The position numbers and the translations under genes are program-made. A stretch of 64,000 nt of DNA, from positions 1,333,816-1,397,815 of the forward strand of contig OZ250153.1 of assembly GCA_965237805.1 (NCBI GenBank), in the 5' to 3' direction. This DNA comes from Gammaproteobacteria bacterium. Lineage in GTDB: Bacteria > Pseudomonadota > Gammaproteobacteria > JABABF01. Numbering within the stretch: position 1 is the first letter of the stretch; each line of letters begins with the position of its first letter. Under the pieces are notes generated by a model that saw only the letters and a program-made list of their open reading frames with translations, searched no databases and was not told where the DNA came from. Below are positions 50,410 to 60,019 of this stretch, piece after piece.

Positions 50410-51690
50410 TTAGTCTGTGTTTTGTGTGTTTTCTAGAGCCCGTGCTTTGTCGAAATCAGCGCTTGCCTTGTCGTGTTGCCCCAAGCTGTTATAGGCCGCG
50501 CCGCGATTGCGATAGATTGCCGCATTATTTGGGTCTAGTTCAATGGCCAGATCAAAATCTTCAATTGCGTCTTCATATTTCTCCAATTTCATTTTTGCAG
50601 TGCCGCGATTGTTATAGCTTGCCGCATCATTCGGGTCTAGTTCAATGGCTCGATCATAATCTTCAATCGCGTCTTCATATTCCCCTAATTTCACTTTTGC
50701 ATCGCCACGATTGCGATATGCCGAATTCCTGGGGTCTAGTTTAATGGACTGATCATAATCTTCAATCGCGTCTTTATATTTCCCCAATTCAAATTTTGCA
50801 TAGCCGCGCTGTCGATAGCTTTCCGAATCATTCGGGTCTAGTTCAATGGCCCGATCATAATCTTCAATCGCGTCTTTATATTCCCCAAATTTCACTTTTG
50901 AATACGCCGCGATTGTGATAGATTGCCAAATTCTTTGGGTCTAGTTTAATGGACTGATCATAATCTTCAATCGCGTCTTCATATTTCCCCAATTTCACTT
51001 TTGCATAGCCGCGATTGTGATAGCTTGCCGCATTCATTTGGGTCTAGTTTAATGGCTGATCATAATCTTCAATTGCGTCTTCATATTTCCCCAATTTCAC
51101 TTTTGCATAGCCGCGATTGTGATAGCTTGCCGAATTCTTTGGGTCTAGTTTAATGGCTGATCATAATCTTCAATCGCGTCTTCATGTTGATCCAACTGTC
51201 TTCTTGCATAGCCGCGATTGCGATAGGCAGTCGCATTATTCTGGTCTAGTGCAATGGCTTTATTGTATCGCAATATGGCTTCTTCATATTTGCCTTGTTG
51301 ACTAGATTCAATACCTCTTTTTATGAAAAAATCTGCTGATGGTGTGCGCACCTTGTACCACCTTGCATAGCCATGAGGGTCAGGGAATAATTTGGTTGCT
51401 TCAATGCCATAATAGTTTTCTAATCGATCTAATATACGCTGCTTTGATGCTTTATCTATCAGTACACTTTGGCCGGCCGCCCCAAGCGCCTTGGGATCTT
51501 CAGGCCAGCCCAATATGAAGTAAGAATCTTGCGCTTTGGTTCTATCCGTCAAATGTTGGCTCTTCCATTTGTACCACTCCGGAGGCATTGATGGCATGGA
51601 AGTTCTGCTCTCCTCTGAGGCTGGTGGCTTGACCTTAATCAACTCATCCAGACGCGCCTTCTCGCCGTTGTTCAGCGCATCATGGCTCAA
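50410..51690 (-). pseudogene. TPR-repeat protein gene in a low-GC islet, broken by frameshifts inside the repeat array.
   Basis: ORFs 51145..51690 (N-domain + first TPR) and 50410..50895 (TPR array, DAIEDYDRAIELDPN repeats) are separated by ~250 bp of degenerate TPR-coding repeats with no open frame. AT-rich compared with the flanks. Confidence 0.5.
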
Positions 51691-52139
51691 ATCATTAAAA
51701 ATAGTTTGGCTGGTGTCAAGTGCTACGATTTTCCCGTGTGCGCCTTGCTGTTTTCTTGCCCTGGAAGGTTGCCTGTGCTACAGGAAAACCACAAGGCGGT
51801 TAGTGGGTTTCAGCTAAAATCTATCAGCATTGTGCGGGCGTGATCATGTTGTAAGTTGGCCATTAATTCCAAGTCAGATAGTCGGCGTGTCCGGCCTATT
51901 TCATCATACAATCTCTCCCTTGCCCCCTCGAGTAGAGCATCTAATTTTTGACTATAAATAGCATGTATGTTTGGGTTGTCATGATCATCGTCATCTATCT
52001 CCCTATAGACTGCAGATGACAAGTCAAAGGCTTCATCGTGCAAGCCACGATACACACAGGAACTGTAGTCTTCAAAAGACAAGCTTTCAACCCAATCGAC
52101 AAACTCACTAACATCGCTAATGATCGGCTGATCACCCAT
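51691..52139 (-). pseudogene. FRG-domain protein gene interrupted by an in-frame TGA and downstream stops.
   Basis: ORF 51810..52139 has VYRGLHDEAFDLSSAVYR and LQHDHARTMLIDFS, matching the FRG consensus (fRGq...L.Ps..R ... aQHyGlPTrLLDwT). After the TGA the same frame continues NPLTALWFSCS (consensus sPlvALyFA), then further stops. Confidence 0.45.
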
Positions 52140-52172
52140 CGCTTCTGATCACTCTTGCCAGTTGCACTGTGC

Positions 52173-52994
52173 TCATTTTATACTCGCTGCCGCCAGCTGC
52201 GCCTCAGCGCATTCTCCCGCCAATCTCCGCTCGGCCAACTTGCAGTATTCTGCGGATATTTCCATCCCCAAATAATTGCGCCCGTGCCGGGCGGCCATGA
52301 CGCAGCTGGTGCCGCTACCACACATGGGATCCAGCACCATGGCACCCGGCTCGGTGAAGCACCGGATGAGATCCTCGGCCAATTTGTCCGGGAAGGTGGC
52401 CGGGTGCTCAGACTTCAGCCGGTTACCCTCGGTGTTGCTGGCAGCATAGCGCCATACGGTGCCTCGGCACTTTTCCGGCTGGACCGCCTTGGGTGCGATG
52501 TGCTTGAAACCGCCGCTTGTCAGCCGGTCTGTTCCGGTGTAGATCTTGCCTGCGTGCTTGCTCGGCACCAGCAAGTGCTGTTTATCAAAATACTTGGGCT
52601 TTTTGCCTTTTAGAAATAACAGGATGTACTCATGGTCGACGCGAAAGCGCGTGTTCCACCACGCACCGGGATTGCCGTGCCGGTAATAGATGCAACATTC
52701 AAACAGCCGCCAGCCCTGATGCTCGCACCAATCCACCGCCAGTTTAAAGCTGCTCAGCGATTTGGCGAAGTGCTTGGTGCTGTCGCCGATGACGACCGCG
52801 CAGATGCCGCCCTCTTTGCTGAGCCGGTATAAATTGCGCCCCAAGGCTTGAAAATCAACACGCCATTCCCCACGGTAGTTGCGCACTTCATCGTAGGGAG
52901 GCGAAAACAAGCTGAGATCGACCGACGCTGCTGGCAATGCGCTAGTCAATGGCACACAATCGCCGAGTAGGATGCGGTTTTTAGGGATTGTCAT
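52173..52994 (-). CDS. Beta-class DNA methyltransferase (N4-cytosine or N6-adenine); solitary.
   Basis: Motif IV DLSLFSPPYDE (SPPY). C-terminal motif I VLDPMCGSGTS. Order IV...I typical of beta-class amino-MTases. Confidence 0.8.
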   Translation of the reverse strand: MTIPKNRILLGDCVPLTSALPAASVDLSLFSPPYDEVRNYRGEWRVDFQALGRNLYRLSKEGGICAVVIGDSTKHFAKSLSSFKLAVDWCEHQGWRLFECCIYYRHGNPGAWWNTRFRVDHEYILLFLKGKKPKYFDKQHLLVPSKHAGKIYTGTDRLTSGGFKHIAPKAVQPEKCRGTVWRYAASNTEGNRLKSEHPATFPDKLAEDLIRCFTEPGAMVLDPMCGSGTSCVMAARHGRNYLGMEISAEYCKLAERRLAGECAEAQLAAASIK

Positions 52995-53012
52995 CGCTTG
53001 GCAGAGTGCGGC

Positions 53013-53873
53013 TCAAGATTGATCGCGCAGCTGCTGCGCCAGCACTTCCAGCTGCGTCTCGATGCGCCCCAGCTGCTCTTGCATCACGGCTGGCTGTGTG
53101 CTATCTGTCTGCGCTTCCTCTCGCTTGGCTGCCAGCTCCGCTCTGACTTGTGTCTGCTTTTCCTGCAACACTTGGACGATCACGCCGATCATCATATTGA
53201 AAAAGACAAAGGCGATCAGGAAGATAAAGCTGAGAAAATAAATCCAGCTGAGCGGGCTCAGCGGGTGGTGTTGCGACATGGCTGCGTGCATGATCCGCGC
53301 CCAGTTGTCGAAAGTGGCAATCTGGAAAAGGGTGAGCATGGCAGTGCCGACATCACGCCACGAGTCGGGGTCGGAATCTTTGAAGAACAAGTTGCCAAGG
53401 CAGCCGTAAATATAAAAAATAATAAACATCAGCAACGTCACATAGCCCATGCGCGGAATGGCCAGCAATAGTGCCTCCACCAGCACCCGCAATTGCGGCA
53501 CAAAGGACACCAGACGTAAGACACGGAACAGCCGCAGCAGGCGTCCCAGCAGGATGTGCTGGCTGTTGTCCAATGGAATCAGGCTGCCAACGACGATCAG
53601 CGTGTCGAAAACATTCCAGCCGTCACGGGAAAAAGCGCGCAGATTGGGGGCGGCTAAAAATCGCACTGCGATCTCGGTGACGAAATAGAGGGTGATCGCG
53701 TAGTCGAGTATCAGCAAGACGGTGCGGGTCAGCGGGTGTAATGGATAGCTGCTAGCCCCGATGCTGAGTGCGGAGATGACGATGACGACGGAGGTAAACC
53801 ATTGGAAAGCGGGGTGATCATGTGCCTGCCTCAACCAGTCGCGCATCGTCTCCCAAGTGTTTGGCTCATTCAT
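53013..53873 (-). CDS. Single-domain voltage-gated cation channel (NaChBac/BacNav-like 6TM).
   Basis: S4 sensor LLGRLLRLFRVLRLVSFVPQLR (R every third residue). Pore TLFQIATFDNWARIM. Internal start MNEPNTWET. Confidence 0.75.
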   Translation of the reverse strand: MNEPNTWETMRDWLRQAHDHPAFQWFTSVVIVISALSIGASSYPLHPLTRTVLLILDYAITLYFVTEIAVRFLAAPNLRAFSRDGWNVFDTLIVVGSLIPLDNSQHILLGRLLRLFRVLRLVSFVPQLRVLVEALLLAIPRMGYVTLLMFIIFYIYGCLGNLFFKDSDPDSWRDVGTAMLTLFQIATFDNWARIMHAAMSQHHPLSPLSWIYFLSFIFLIAFVFFNMMIGVIVQVLQEKQTQVRAELAAKREEAQTDSTQPAVMQEQLGRIETQLEVLAQQLRDQS

Positions 53874-54042
53874 GCTCGGACACCTAACGATCCTGAGGTC
53901 ATCCAGTATATATAGCTCTATCCTTGTCCGCATCGCTACCGCTCCCGAGTTGCCGCGCCGGTCACAGCGGCCGGGCAAAGCGGCGATGTCGTCATGCTAA
54001 AATGACCTTTTCACGTGTTCTCTTGCGATTTGGTGCCGCCTG

Positions 54043-55269
54043 TTGATCCATCACTTAGGGCGCATCGCCGCTAGCACAGCACCAAAGAGTCGCCCGCCAG
54101 CTCGACCGATGACCAAGCCCGTCATGACCGCGATGGCGACTGTTGCCATCCTCGCCGCCTCCTTGCTCCCGACCGCGGTGTCGGCCGCTGACGGCCTGCA
54201 GCACGCCCAGCGCTGGCAGCTGAATATGCCCCGCGGCGTGACGACGCTCAGCCATACGGTCTACGAGCTGCACATGATCATTTTTTGGATCTGTGTGGCC
54301 ATCGCCGTCTTGGTCTACGGCGTGATGTTCTACTCCATGGCCGTCCACCGCAAGTCGCTGGGGGCAGAGCCGGCCCAGTTCTCCCACAACACCCATCTGG
54401 AGGTGTTCTGGACGGTGCTCGCCTCGCTGATTCTCGTGGCGATGGCGTGGCCAGCCACGGTGACGCTGATCAATATGTATGACCCCACCGACGCCGAAGT
54501 CGATATCTTGGTCACTGGCTACCAGTGGAAATGGAAGTATGAATATGTGCAGGAGGATGTCAGCTTTTTCAGCACCCTCGCGACACCGGACGACGAGATC
54601 TACGGCGATGCGCCCAAAGGCGAGCATTATCTGCTGACGGTCGATAAGCCGCTGGTGATCCCGGTCGGTGTCAAGGTGCGTTTCTTGGTCACCGCCGCCG
54701 ATGTGTTGCACTCTTGGTGGGTGCCGGATTTTGCGGTGAAGATGGATGCCATCCCCGGTTTCGTCAACGAGGCTTGGGCCTTCGTCGAGCGTGAGGGCGT
54801 CTATCGTGGGCAGTGCACCGAGCTGTGTGGGCGCCAGCACGGCTTTATGCCGATTGTCGTGCACGTCACCAGCCAAGAGCAATACCGCAGCTGGCTCGCC
54901 GAGCGCCGCGCCGAGGCCGCCGCCGAGCGCGCCCTGCTGCACCAACAGATGGATCTTGCCCAGCTGATGGAGCGCGGTGAGCGGGTGTATCAGATCAACT
55001 GCTCCGCCTGCCACTTGGCCAATGGTGCCGGCCTGCCAGGGGCTTTCCCCGGGTTGCTGAAGGGCTCAGCCGCCACCGGTGCGCTGGAGCAGCATCTAGG
55101 CATTGTGCTCAATGGTGTGCCCGGCACGGCGATGGCGGCCTTCGGTGCCCAGCTGAGCGCTGCCGACTTGGCTGCGGTCATCACCTACGAGCGCAACGCT
55201 TGGGGCAATGACACCGGCGATTTGGTGCAGCCCATCGAGGTCGTGCACTATCAGCGCGGCGACAATTAG
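54043..55269 (+). CDS. coxB: Cytochrome c oxidase subunit II with fused C-terminal cytochrome c domain (caa3-type).
   Basis: CuA ligands HSWWVPDF...CTELCGRQHGFM. C-terminal CSACH heme-c motif. Likely start MTKPVMTAM. Confidence 0.9.
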   Translation: MIHHLGRIAASTAPKSRPPARPMTKPVMTAMATVAILAASLLPTAVSAADGLQHAQRWQLNMPRGVTTLSHTVYELHMIIFWICVAIAVLVYGVMFYSMAVHRKSLGAEPAQFSHNTHLEVFWTVLASLILVAMAWPATVTLINMYDPTDAEVDILVTGYQWKWKYEYVQEDVSFFSTLATPDDEIYGDAPKGEHYLLTVDKPLVIPVGVKVRFLVTAADVLHSWWVPDFAVKMDAIPGFVNEAWAFVEREGVYRGQCTELCGRQHGFMPIVVHVTSQEQYRSWLAERRAEAAAERALLHQQMDLAQLMERGERVYQINCSACHLANGAGLPGAFPGLLKGSAATGALEQHLGIVLNGVPGTAMAAFGAQLSAADLAAVITYERNAWGNDTGDLVQPIEVVHYQRGDN

Positions 55270-55283
55270 GGGGATAGGAGAGC

Positions 55284-56861
55284 ATGAGCGCAGATCACCA
55301 CCACGGTCCGGCCAGCGGCATCACGCGCTGGCTGTTCACCACCAACCACAAGGACATCGGCACGCTCTACCTGTTCTTCGCCATGCTGCTGGCCTTCATT
55401 GGCGGCTCGATGGCGATGCTGATACGCGCCGAGCTATTCGAGCCTGGCCTGCAACTAGTGCAGCCAAACTTCTTCAATCAGATGACGACGATGCACGGGC
55501 TGATCATGATCTTCGGCTTCGTCATGCCCGCCTTCGTCGGCTTCGCCAATTGGCAGATTCCGATGATGATCGGCGCACCGGATATGGCCTTGCCCCGGCT
55601 CAACAATTGGAGTTTTTGGATCCTGCCCTTCGCCTTCACCATCTTGCTGAGCACGATGTTCATGGAAGGCGGCGGGCCGAACTTCGGTTGGACCTTCTAC
55701 GCTCCGCTATCGACCACCTACGCCCCGCCCAGCGTCACCTATTTCATCTTCGCCGTGCACATGCTCGGGGTGTCGTCGATTCTGGGGTCGATCAACATCA
55801 TCGCCACCATCATGAACCTGCGCGCGCCGGGCATGGGCTATATGAAGATGCCGCTGTTCGTGTGGACTTGGTTCATCACCGCCTTCCTGTTGCTGCTGGT
55901 GATGCCAGTGCTGGCCGGGGCCGTGACGATGATGCTGATGGACATCCACTTCGGCACCAGCTTCTTCCAAGCGGCTGGCGGCGGCGACCCGGTGCTGTTC
56001 CAGCATGTGTTCTGGTTCTTCGGCCACCCTGAGGTCTACATCATCATTCTGCCAGCCTTCGGCATTGTCTCGCAGGTGATCCCGGCCTTCTCCCGCAAGC
56101 CGTTGTTCGGCTACACCTCGATGGTCTACGCCACCGCCGCCATCGCCATCATGTCCACCGTGGTGTGGGCGCACCACATGTTCACCGTCGGCATGCCGCT
56201 GGTCGGGGAGCTGTTCTTCATGTATACGACGATGCTGATCGCCGTGCCCACCGGGGTCAAGGTGTTCAACTGGGTGGCGACGATGTGGCGCGGGGCGATG
56301 ACCTTCGAGACGCCGATGCTGTTCGCCATCGCCTTTGTGGTGTTGTTCTCCATCGGCGGATTCTCCGGGCTGATGATGGCCATCGCCCCCGCTGACTTCC
56401 AGTACCACGACACCTATTTCATCGTCGCTCACTTCCACTATGTCTTGGTGCCGGGCGCGGTGTTCGGTGTCTTCGCTGGCATCTACTACTGGCTGCCGAA
56501 GTGGACTGGCCGCATGTACGACGAAAGCTTGGGGCAGCTGCACTTCTGGCTCACCTTCATCGGTGCCAATGTGACCTTCTTCCCGCAGCACTTCGTCGGC
56601 TTGGCCGGGATGCCTCGGCGTATTCCGGACTACGCTCTGCAGTTTGCCGACTTCAACGCCATCTCCTCGGTCGGTGCTTTCCTGTTTGGGGCCTCGCAGC
56701 TGGTGTTTCTCGTCGTCTTGGTGCGTGTCTTGTGGGCGAAGGCCGCCGATGAAGGTGTCGCTGTCGGTGACAACGCGTGGGAAGGAGCCACTGGCCTCGA
56801 GTGGGAGCTGCCCTCGCCGCCGCCGTACCACAGCTTCACGACGCCGCCGGTAGTGCGCTGA
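55284..56861 (+). CDS. coxA: Cytochrome c oxidase subunit I.
   Basis: 525 aa, 12 TM. Heme-copper oxidase His ligands (WFFGHPEVY, HHMF). Confidence 0.95.
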   Translation: MSADHHHGPASGITRWLFTTNHKDIGTLYLFFAMLLAFIGGSMAMLIRAELFEPGLQLVQPNFFNQMTTMHGLIMIFGFVMPAFVGFANWQIPMMIGAPDMALPRLNNWSFWILPFAFTILLSTMFMEGGGPNFGWTFYAPLSTTYAPPSVTYFIFAVHMLGVSSILGSINIIATIMNLRAPGMGYMKMPLFVWTWFITAFLLLLVMPVLAGAVTMMLMDIHFGTSFFQAAGGGDPVLFQHVFWFFGHPEVYIIILPAFGIVSQVIPAFSRKPLFGYTSMVYATAAIAIMSTVVWAHHMFTVGMPLVGELFFMYTTMLIAVPTGVKVFNWVATMWRGAMTFETPMLFAIAFVVLFSIGGFSGLMMAIAPADFQYHDTYFIVAHFHYVLVPGAVFGVFAGIYYWLPKWTGRMYDESLGQLHFWLTFIGANVTFFPQHFVGLAGMPRRIPDYALQFADFNAISSVGAFLFGASQLVFLVVLVRVLWAKAADEGVAVGDNAWEGATGLEWELPSPPPYHSFTTPPVVR

Positions 56862-56862
56862 G

Positions 56863-57510
56863 TTGAGGAGGCATGCGATGGCGGACGGGATCGATAGCGG
56901 GGGGCAGAGTGCGGCGGAGCGCCAGCTCGGCGTGCGCCGCACGGTGCGACGCTTGGCGGTCGGCACGGTGCTGATGTTCGGTTTCGGTTTTGCGCTGGTG
57001 CCGCTGTACGAGGTGTTCTGTGAAGTGACCGGACTCAATGGCAAGACCAGTGACAGCCCGGCGGTCTACCGCACGGCGGGCGCGGGCGTGGCCGTGGCCG
57101 TGGAGCGCGAGGTGCGGGTGCAGTTCCTCGCCGTCAACAACGGTTCGATGCCGTGGCAATTCCGGGCGCCGGCGGAGTCGGAGCTGCGCATCGCGCCCGG
57201 TGCCGCGCCAGTGCATTTGAGCTACTACGCGCGCAACGACACCGACCGCGACATGGTGGCCCAAGCAGTGCCCAGCGTGTCGCCGGGGCGCGCCGCCAAG
57301 CACTTGCGCAAGATCGAGTGCTTTTGCTTCGAGCGCCAGCCGCTGGCGGCGGGCGAGGAGGCCGAGTTGTCACTGCGTTTCTACTTGGATGCCGATTTTC
57401 CTGCGGATATCGGCACTGTCACGCTGTCCTATACCCTGTTTGATGTCAGCGAGCTGGCGGCGGCCGAGACGGTGGCCACAGTGGGGCGCCTCAGTGCCCA
57501 GGGAGGTTGA
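56863..57510 (+). CDS. ctaG: Cytochrome c oxidase assembly protein CtaG/Cox11.
   Basis: KIECFCFERQ copper-binding motif of Cox11. Confidence 0.85.
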   Translation: MRRHAMADGIDSGGQSAAERQLGVRRTVRRLAVGTVLMFGFGFALVPLYEVFCEVTGLNGKTSDSPAVYRTAGAGVAVAVEREVRVQFLAVNNGSMPWQFRAPAESELRIAPGAAPVHLSYYARNDTDRDMVAQAVPSVSPGRAAKHLRKIECFCFERQPLAAGEEAELSLRFYLDADFPADIGTVTLSYTLFDVSELAAAETVATVGRLSAQGG

Positions 57511-58517
57511 GCATGGCGGCTGAGCAGATGGCGGGGCAGGCTGTCGGGGCGGCGGCGGGGGGCGTGCAAGTGCCGCCTTTCCCCTCCTATCATGTGCCGG
57601 CCAACAGTTGGCGACCGGTCGCCGCCTCGGTCGCGCTGTTCCTGATGATGCTCGGGGCTGGCACCATGCTGAACCAGCTCCGCGCCGGCGAGCCCGCCGA
57701 TGCCAAGTGGCTGCTAATGCTCGGTTTCGGCGGCTTGGTACTCGTGCTGTTTGGCTGGTTCGCCACCACCATCAGCGAGCACTTGGCGGGCATGAACAGC
57801 GCCCGGTTGCAGACCTCCTATGTCTACGCCATGTGTTGGTTCATCTTCACCGAGGTGATGTTTTTCGCCGTCTTCTTCGGCGCATTGTTCTATCTGCGCG
57901 TTTTGGTAGTGCCGTGGTTGGGTGGCGAGGGGGACAAGGGTATCAGCAACATGCTGTGGCAGGGCTTCGAGGCCACTTGGCCGCTGATGGAGACACCGCA
58001 GCAGGCAGTGGGGGGAGCCACATCGCAGCTCATCGCCAACAACGGCGTTTTCTCTGGGCCTCATCAGAATATGTCTTTCCCGGGATGGGGCAATCTTTTG
58101 CACTGGCTGCCACTGTGGAACACGATCTTGCTGTTGTCGTCCAGCGTCACCGTACACATCGCGCATTTGGGGCTAAAGGCTGGCAATCGGCTTCAGCTGG
58201 CGGTGTGGTTGGGCATCACCGTGGCGCTGGGGGCCTCCTTCCTCGTCCTGCAGTATTTGGAGTACCACGAAGCCTATGTCGAATATGGCTTGACCCTGAA
58301 CTCAGGGGTGTATGGCACCACCTTCTTCATGCTGACCGGCTTCCACGGCTTCCATGTCTTGTTGGGGGCGACGATGCTACTGATCATGTGGCTGCGCGCC
58401 CAGCTGGCCGGGCATTTCAAACCAGCGGATCATTTCGGCTTTGAGGCCGCCTCGTGGTACTGGCACTTCGTCGATGTGGTGTGGGTCTGCCTGTTCTTGT
58501 TTGTTTATATTTTGTGA
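57507..58517 (+). CDS. coxC: Cytochrome c oxidase subunit III.
   Basis: 336 aa, 7 TM. COX3 C-terminal FGFEAASWYWHFVDVVW. Confidence 0.9.
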   Translation: MSMAAEQMAGQAVGAAAGGVQVPPFPSYHVPANSWRPVAASVALFLMMLGAGTMLNQLRAGEPADAKWLLMLGFGGLVLVLFGWFATTISEHLAGMNSARLQTSYVYAMCWFIFTEVMFFAVFFGALFYLRVLVVPWLGGEGDKGISNMLWQGFEATWPLMETPQQAVGGATSQLIANNGVFSGPHQNMSFPGWGNLLHWLPLWNTILLLSSSVTVHIAHLGLKAGNRLQLAVWLGITVALGASFLVLQYLEYHEAYVEYGLTLNSGVYGTTFFMLTGFHGFHVLLGATMLLIMWLRAQLAGHFKPADHFGFEAASWYWHFVDVVWVCLFLFVYIL

Positions 58518-58573
58518 GGGAGGGGGGACGAGACGGTCACAAAAGAGATTGCACCTAAAACAGTGCGTTGCTA

Positions 58574-58602
58574 TCCAGCTTGCGGGATAGCGACACGAAG
58601 GA
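58574..58602 (+). promoter_or_regulatory. Sigma70-like promoter for the low-GC gene.
   Basis: TTGCGG-n17-TATAAT (perfect -10 at ~58597-58602), followed by an AGAGGAG RBS and a GTG start at 58646. Confidence 0.4.
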
Positions 58603-58645
58603 TATAATTCCCCTACATTCATAGAATTTATAGAGGAGATTTGCC

Positions 58646-59500
58646 GTGACAGCCATTCCGAAAGCCACCACTAAGAGGCTTATCGCTACTGTTCCAAAGT
58701 TTAAGAAAGTGCTTGAATCTGCGCGTACACGCGATGTAAATGAGTCCGACACTGTCACCATTGTGACGGATATTTTGGACGAAGTATTTGGATTTGATAA
58801 ATACAGCGACATTACCCGTGAGTATGCTATCAATGGCACATACTGCGACTTGGCCATCAAGGCTGACAACAAAATCCAATATCTTATCGAAGTTAAAGCG
58901 ATCGGCCGTTCCTTGCGGAGCAACCATGTGCGGCAACTCGTCACTTATGCGGCTCGGGATGGGGTGAAATGGGTAGTGTTAACCAATGGGGTAACGTGGG
59001 CAATATACCGTGTCACATTAGAGGAGAAGATTGAAAGCACAAAGCTCGTTGATTTCAACTTTACCGCCTTGAATGCCCAAAGTAAAAACGATCAGGAATT
59101 ACTGTTCTTATTGTGTAAGCGCGGGGTTAAAAAAGAAATGATTGAGGAATTTTATAAGTATCGACAAGCTGTCAATTCCTATTCTATAGGGGCAGTTATT
59201 TTGAGCAAACCCGTGATCTCTGCGATACGCCGTGAGCTCCGGGGAATGAAAGCAGGGCTTAAAGTATCCGAAGAAAACATAAAAGAACTAGTAGAAACTG
59301 AGGTGCTGAAGCGAGAATTAGTTGAAAGCGATGAAGCTGCAGAGGCACATAAGATGGTGAAAGCTGCATCCAGCAAGCGTCGTTCAACAACCCGTTCGAC
59401 CAAAAAGCTAGTGGCAACTAAAGCGCAAGCGGATGTGGTTGGCGAGGTGCAAGCAGATGTAGTGGGTGCAGTGCCAGTGGATGATGAGCCCTTGTGGTGA
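58646..59500 (+). CDS. HsdR-N-terminal-like (PD-(D/E)xK, Mrr-cat-like) nuclease-domain protein with basic/repetitive C-tail; low-GC foreign gene.
   Basis: NESDTVTIVTDILDEVFGFDKY...YCDLAIKADNKIQYLIEVKAIG fits the HSDR_N E...D...E-x-K core. The gene's GC content is visibly lower than its ~65% flanks. Confidence 0.6.
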   Translation: MTAIPKATTKRLIATVPKFKKVLESARTRDVNESDTVTIVTDILDEVFGFDKYSDITREYAINGTYCDLAIKADNKIQYLIEVKAIGRSLRSNHVRQLVTYAARDGVKWVVLTNGVTWAIYRVTLEEKIESTKLVDFNFTALNAQSKNDQELLFLLCKRGVKKEMIEEFYKYRQAVNSYSIGAVILSKPVISAIRRELRGMKAGLKVSEENIKELVETEVLKRELVESDEAAEAHKMVKAASSKRRSTTRSTKKLVATKAQADVVGEVQADVVGAVPVDDEPLW

Positions 59501-60019
59501 GTGAGGTGCAATAGGGGAGCAGGGACATGGTCGCGGTCGACTAAATTGCGGTTGCCCCCAGTGCCTCTTGGTATTTGACCTGTTTTCCTTATTTTCCCTG
59601 CAGCTCGTGGCGCTCAGTTCCCCGCCGCTCATCCCATGGTGCCCGCGAACCCAGTTGTCCGGTATAGCGCTGGGGCAATGCGCCCCGATGGCTCGGGATC
59701 TCGCGCACAAGCCCGGTTGCCGCCATCGCGCTGTGTCGGCAGAGGCGCGGGCCAGCCATCGGATCAAATCGAAAACCCGCTCGCAGGTGGCGCGGCTATG
59801 CCATGTGATGAAGCGGCCATTCGGCGCAAGATTTGTGGCTTGACTTGGCAGTCTCGTTGATGGGGGGCGATGCGGTGTCGGATCTGCAGGATGCTGCTGG
59901 TATACTTTCAGTGTTTCGGTGTTTTGGACACGGCTCCTATGGGCTCGGTGGCCTATGCCGCCTTGGCAGAGGCGGCAGATCGGGTGCGGGCGTTAGAGTG
60001 TCTTGGATAGGGATGTGGC

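Noticed and set aside
50895-51200. Series of ~70-100-bp imperfect direct repeats (gggtctagtttaatgg...atcgcgtcttcatatttcccc...) that could be mistaken for a CRISPR array.
   Set aside because: The repeats are protein-coding TPR units (they translate to DAIEDYDRAIELDPN in the flanking ORFs). There is no spacer/repeat regularity and no cas genes. Interpreted as a frameshifted TPR array.
55707-57044. 445-aa minus ORF antisense to coxA/ctaG.
   Set aside because: Low-complexity R/H/G-rich translation. coxA on plus is highly conserved.
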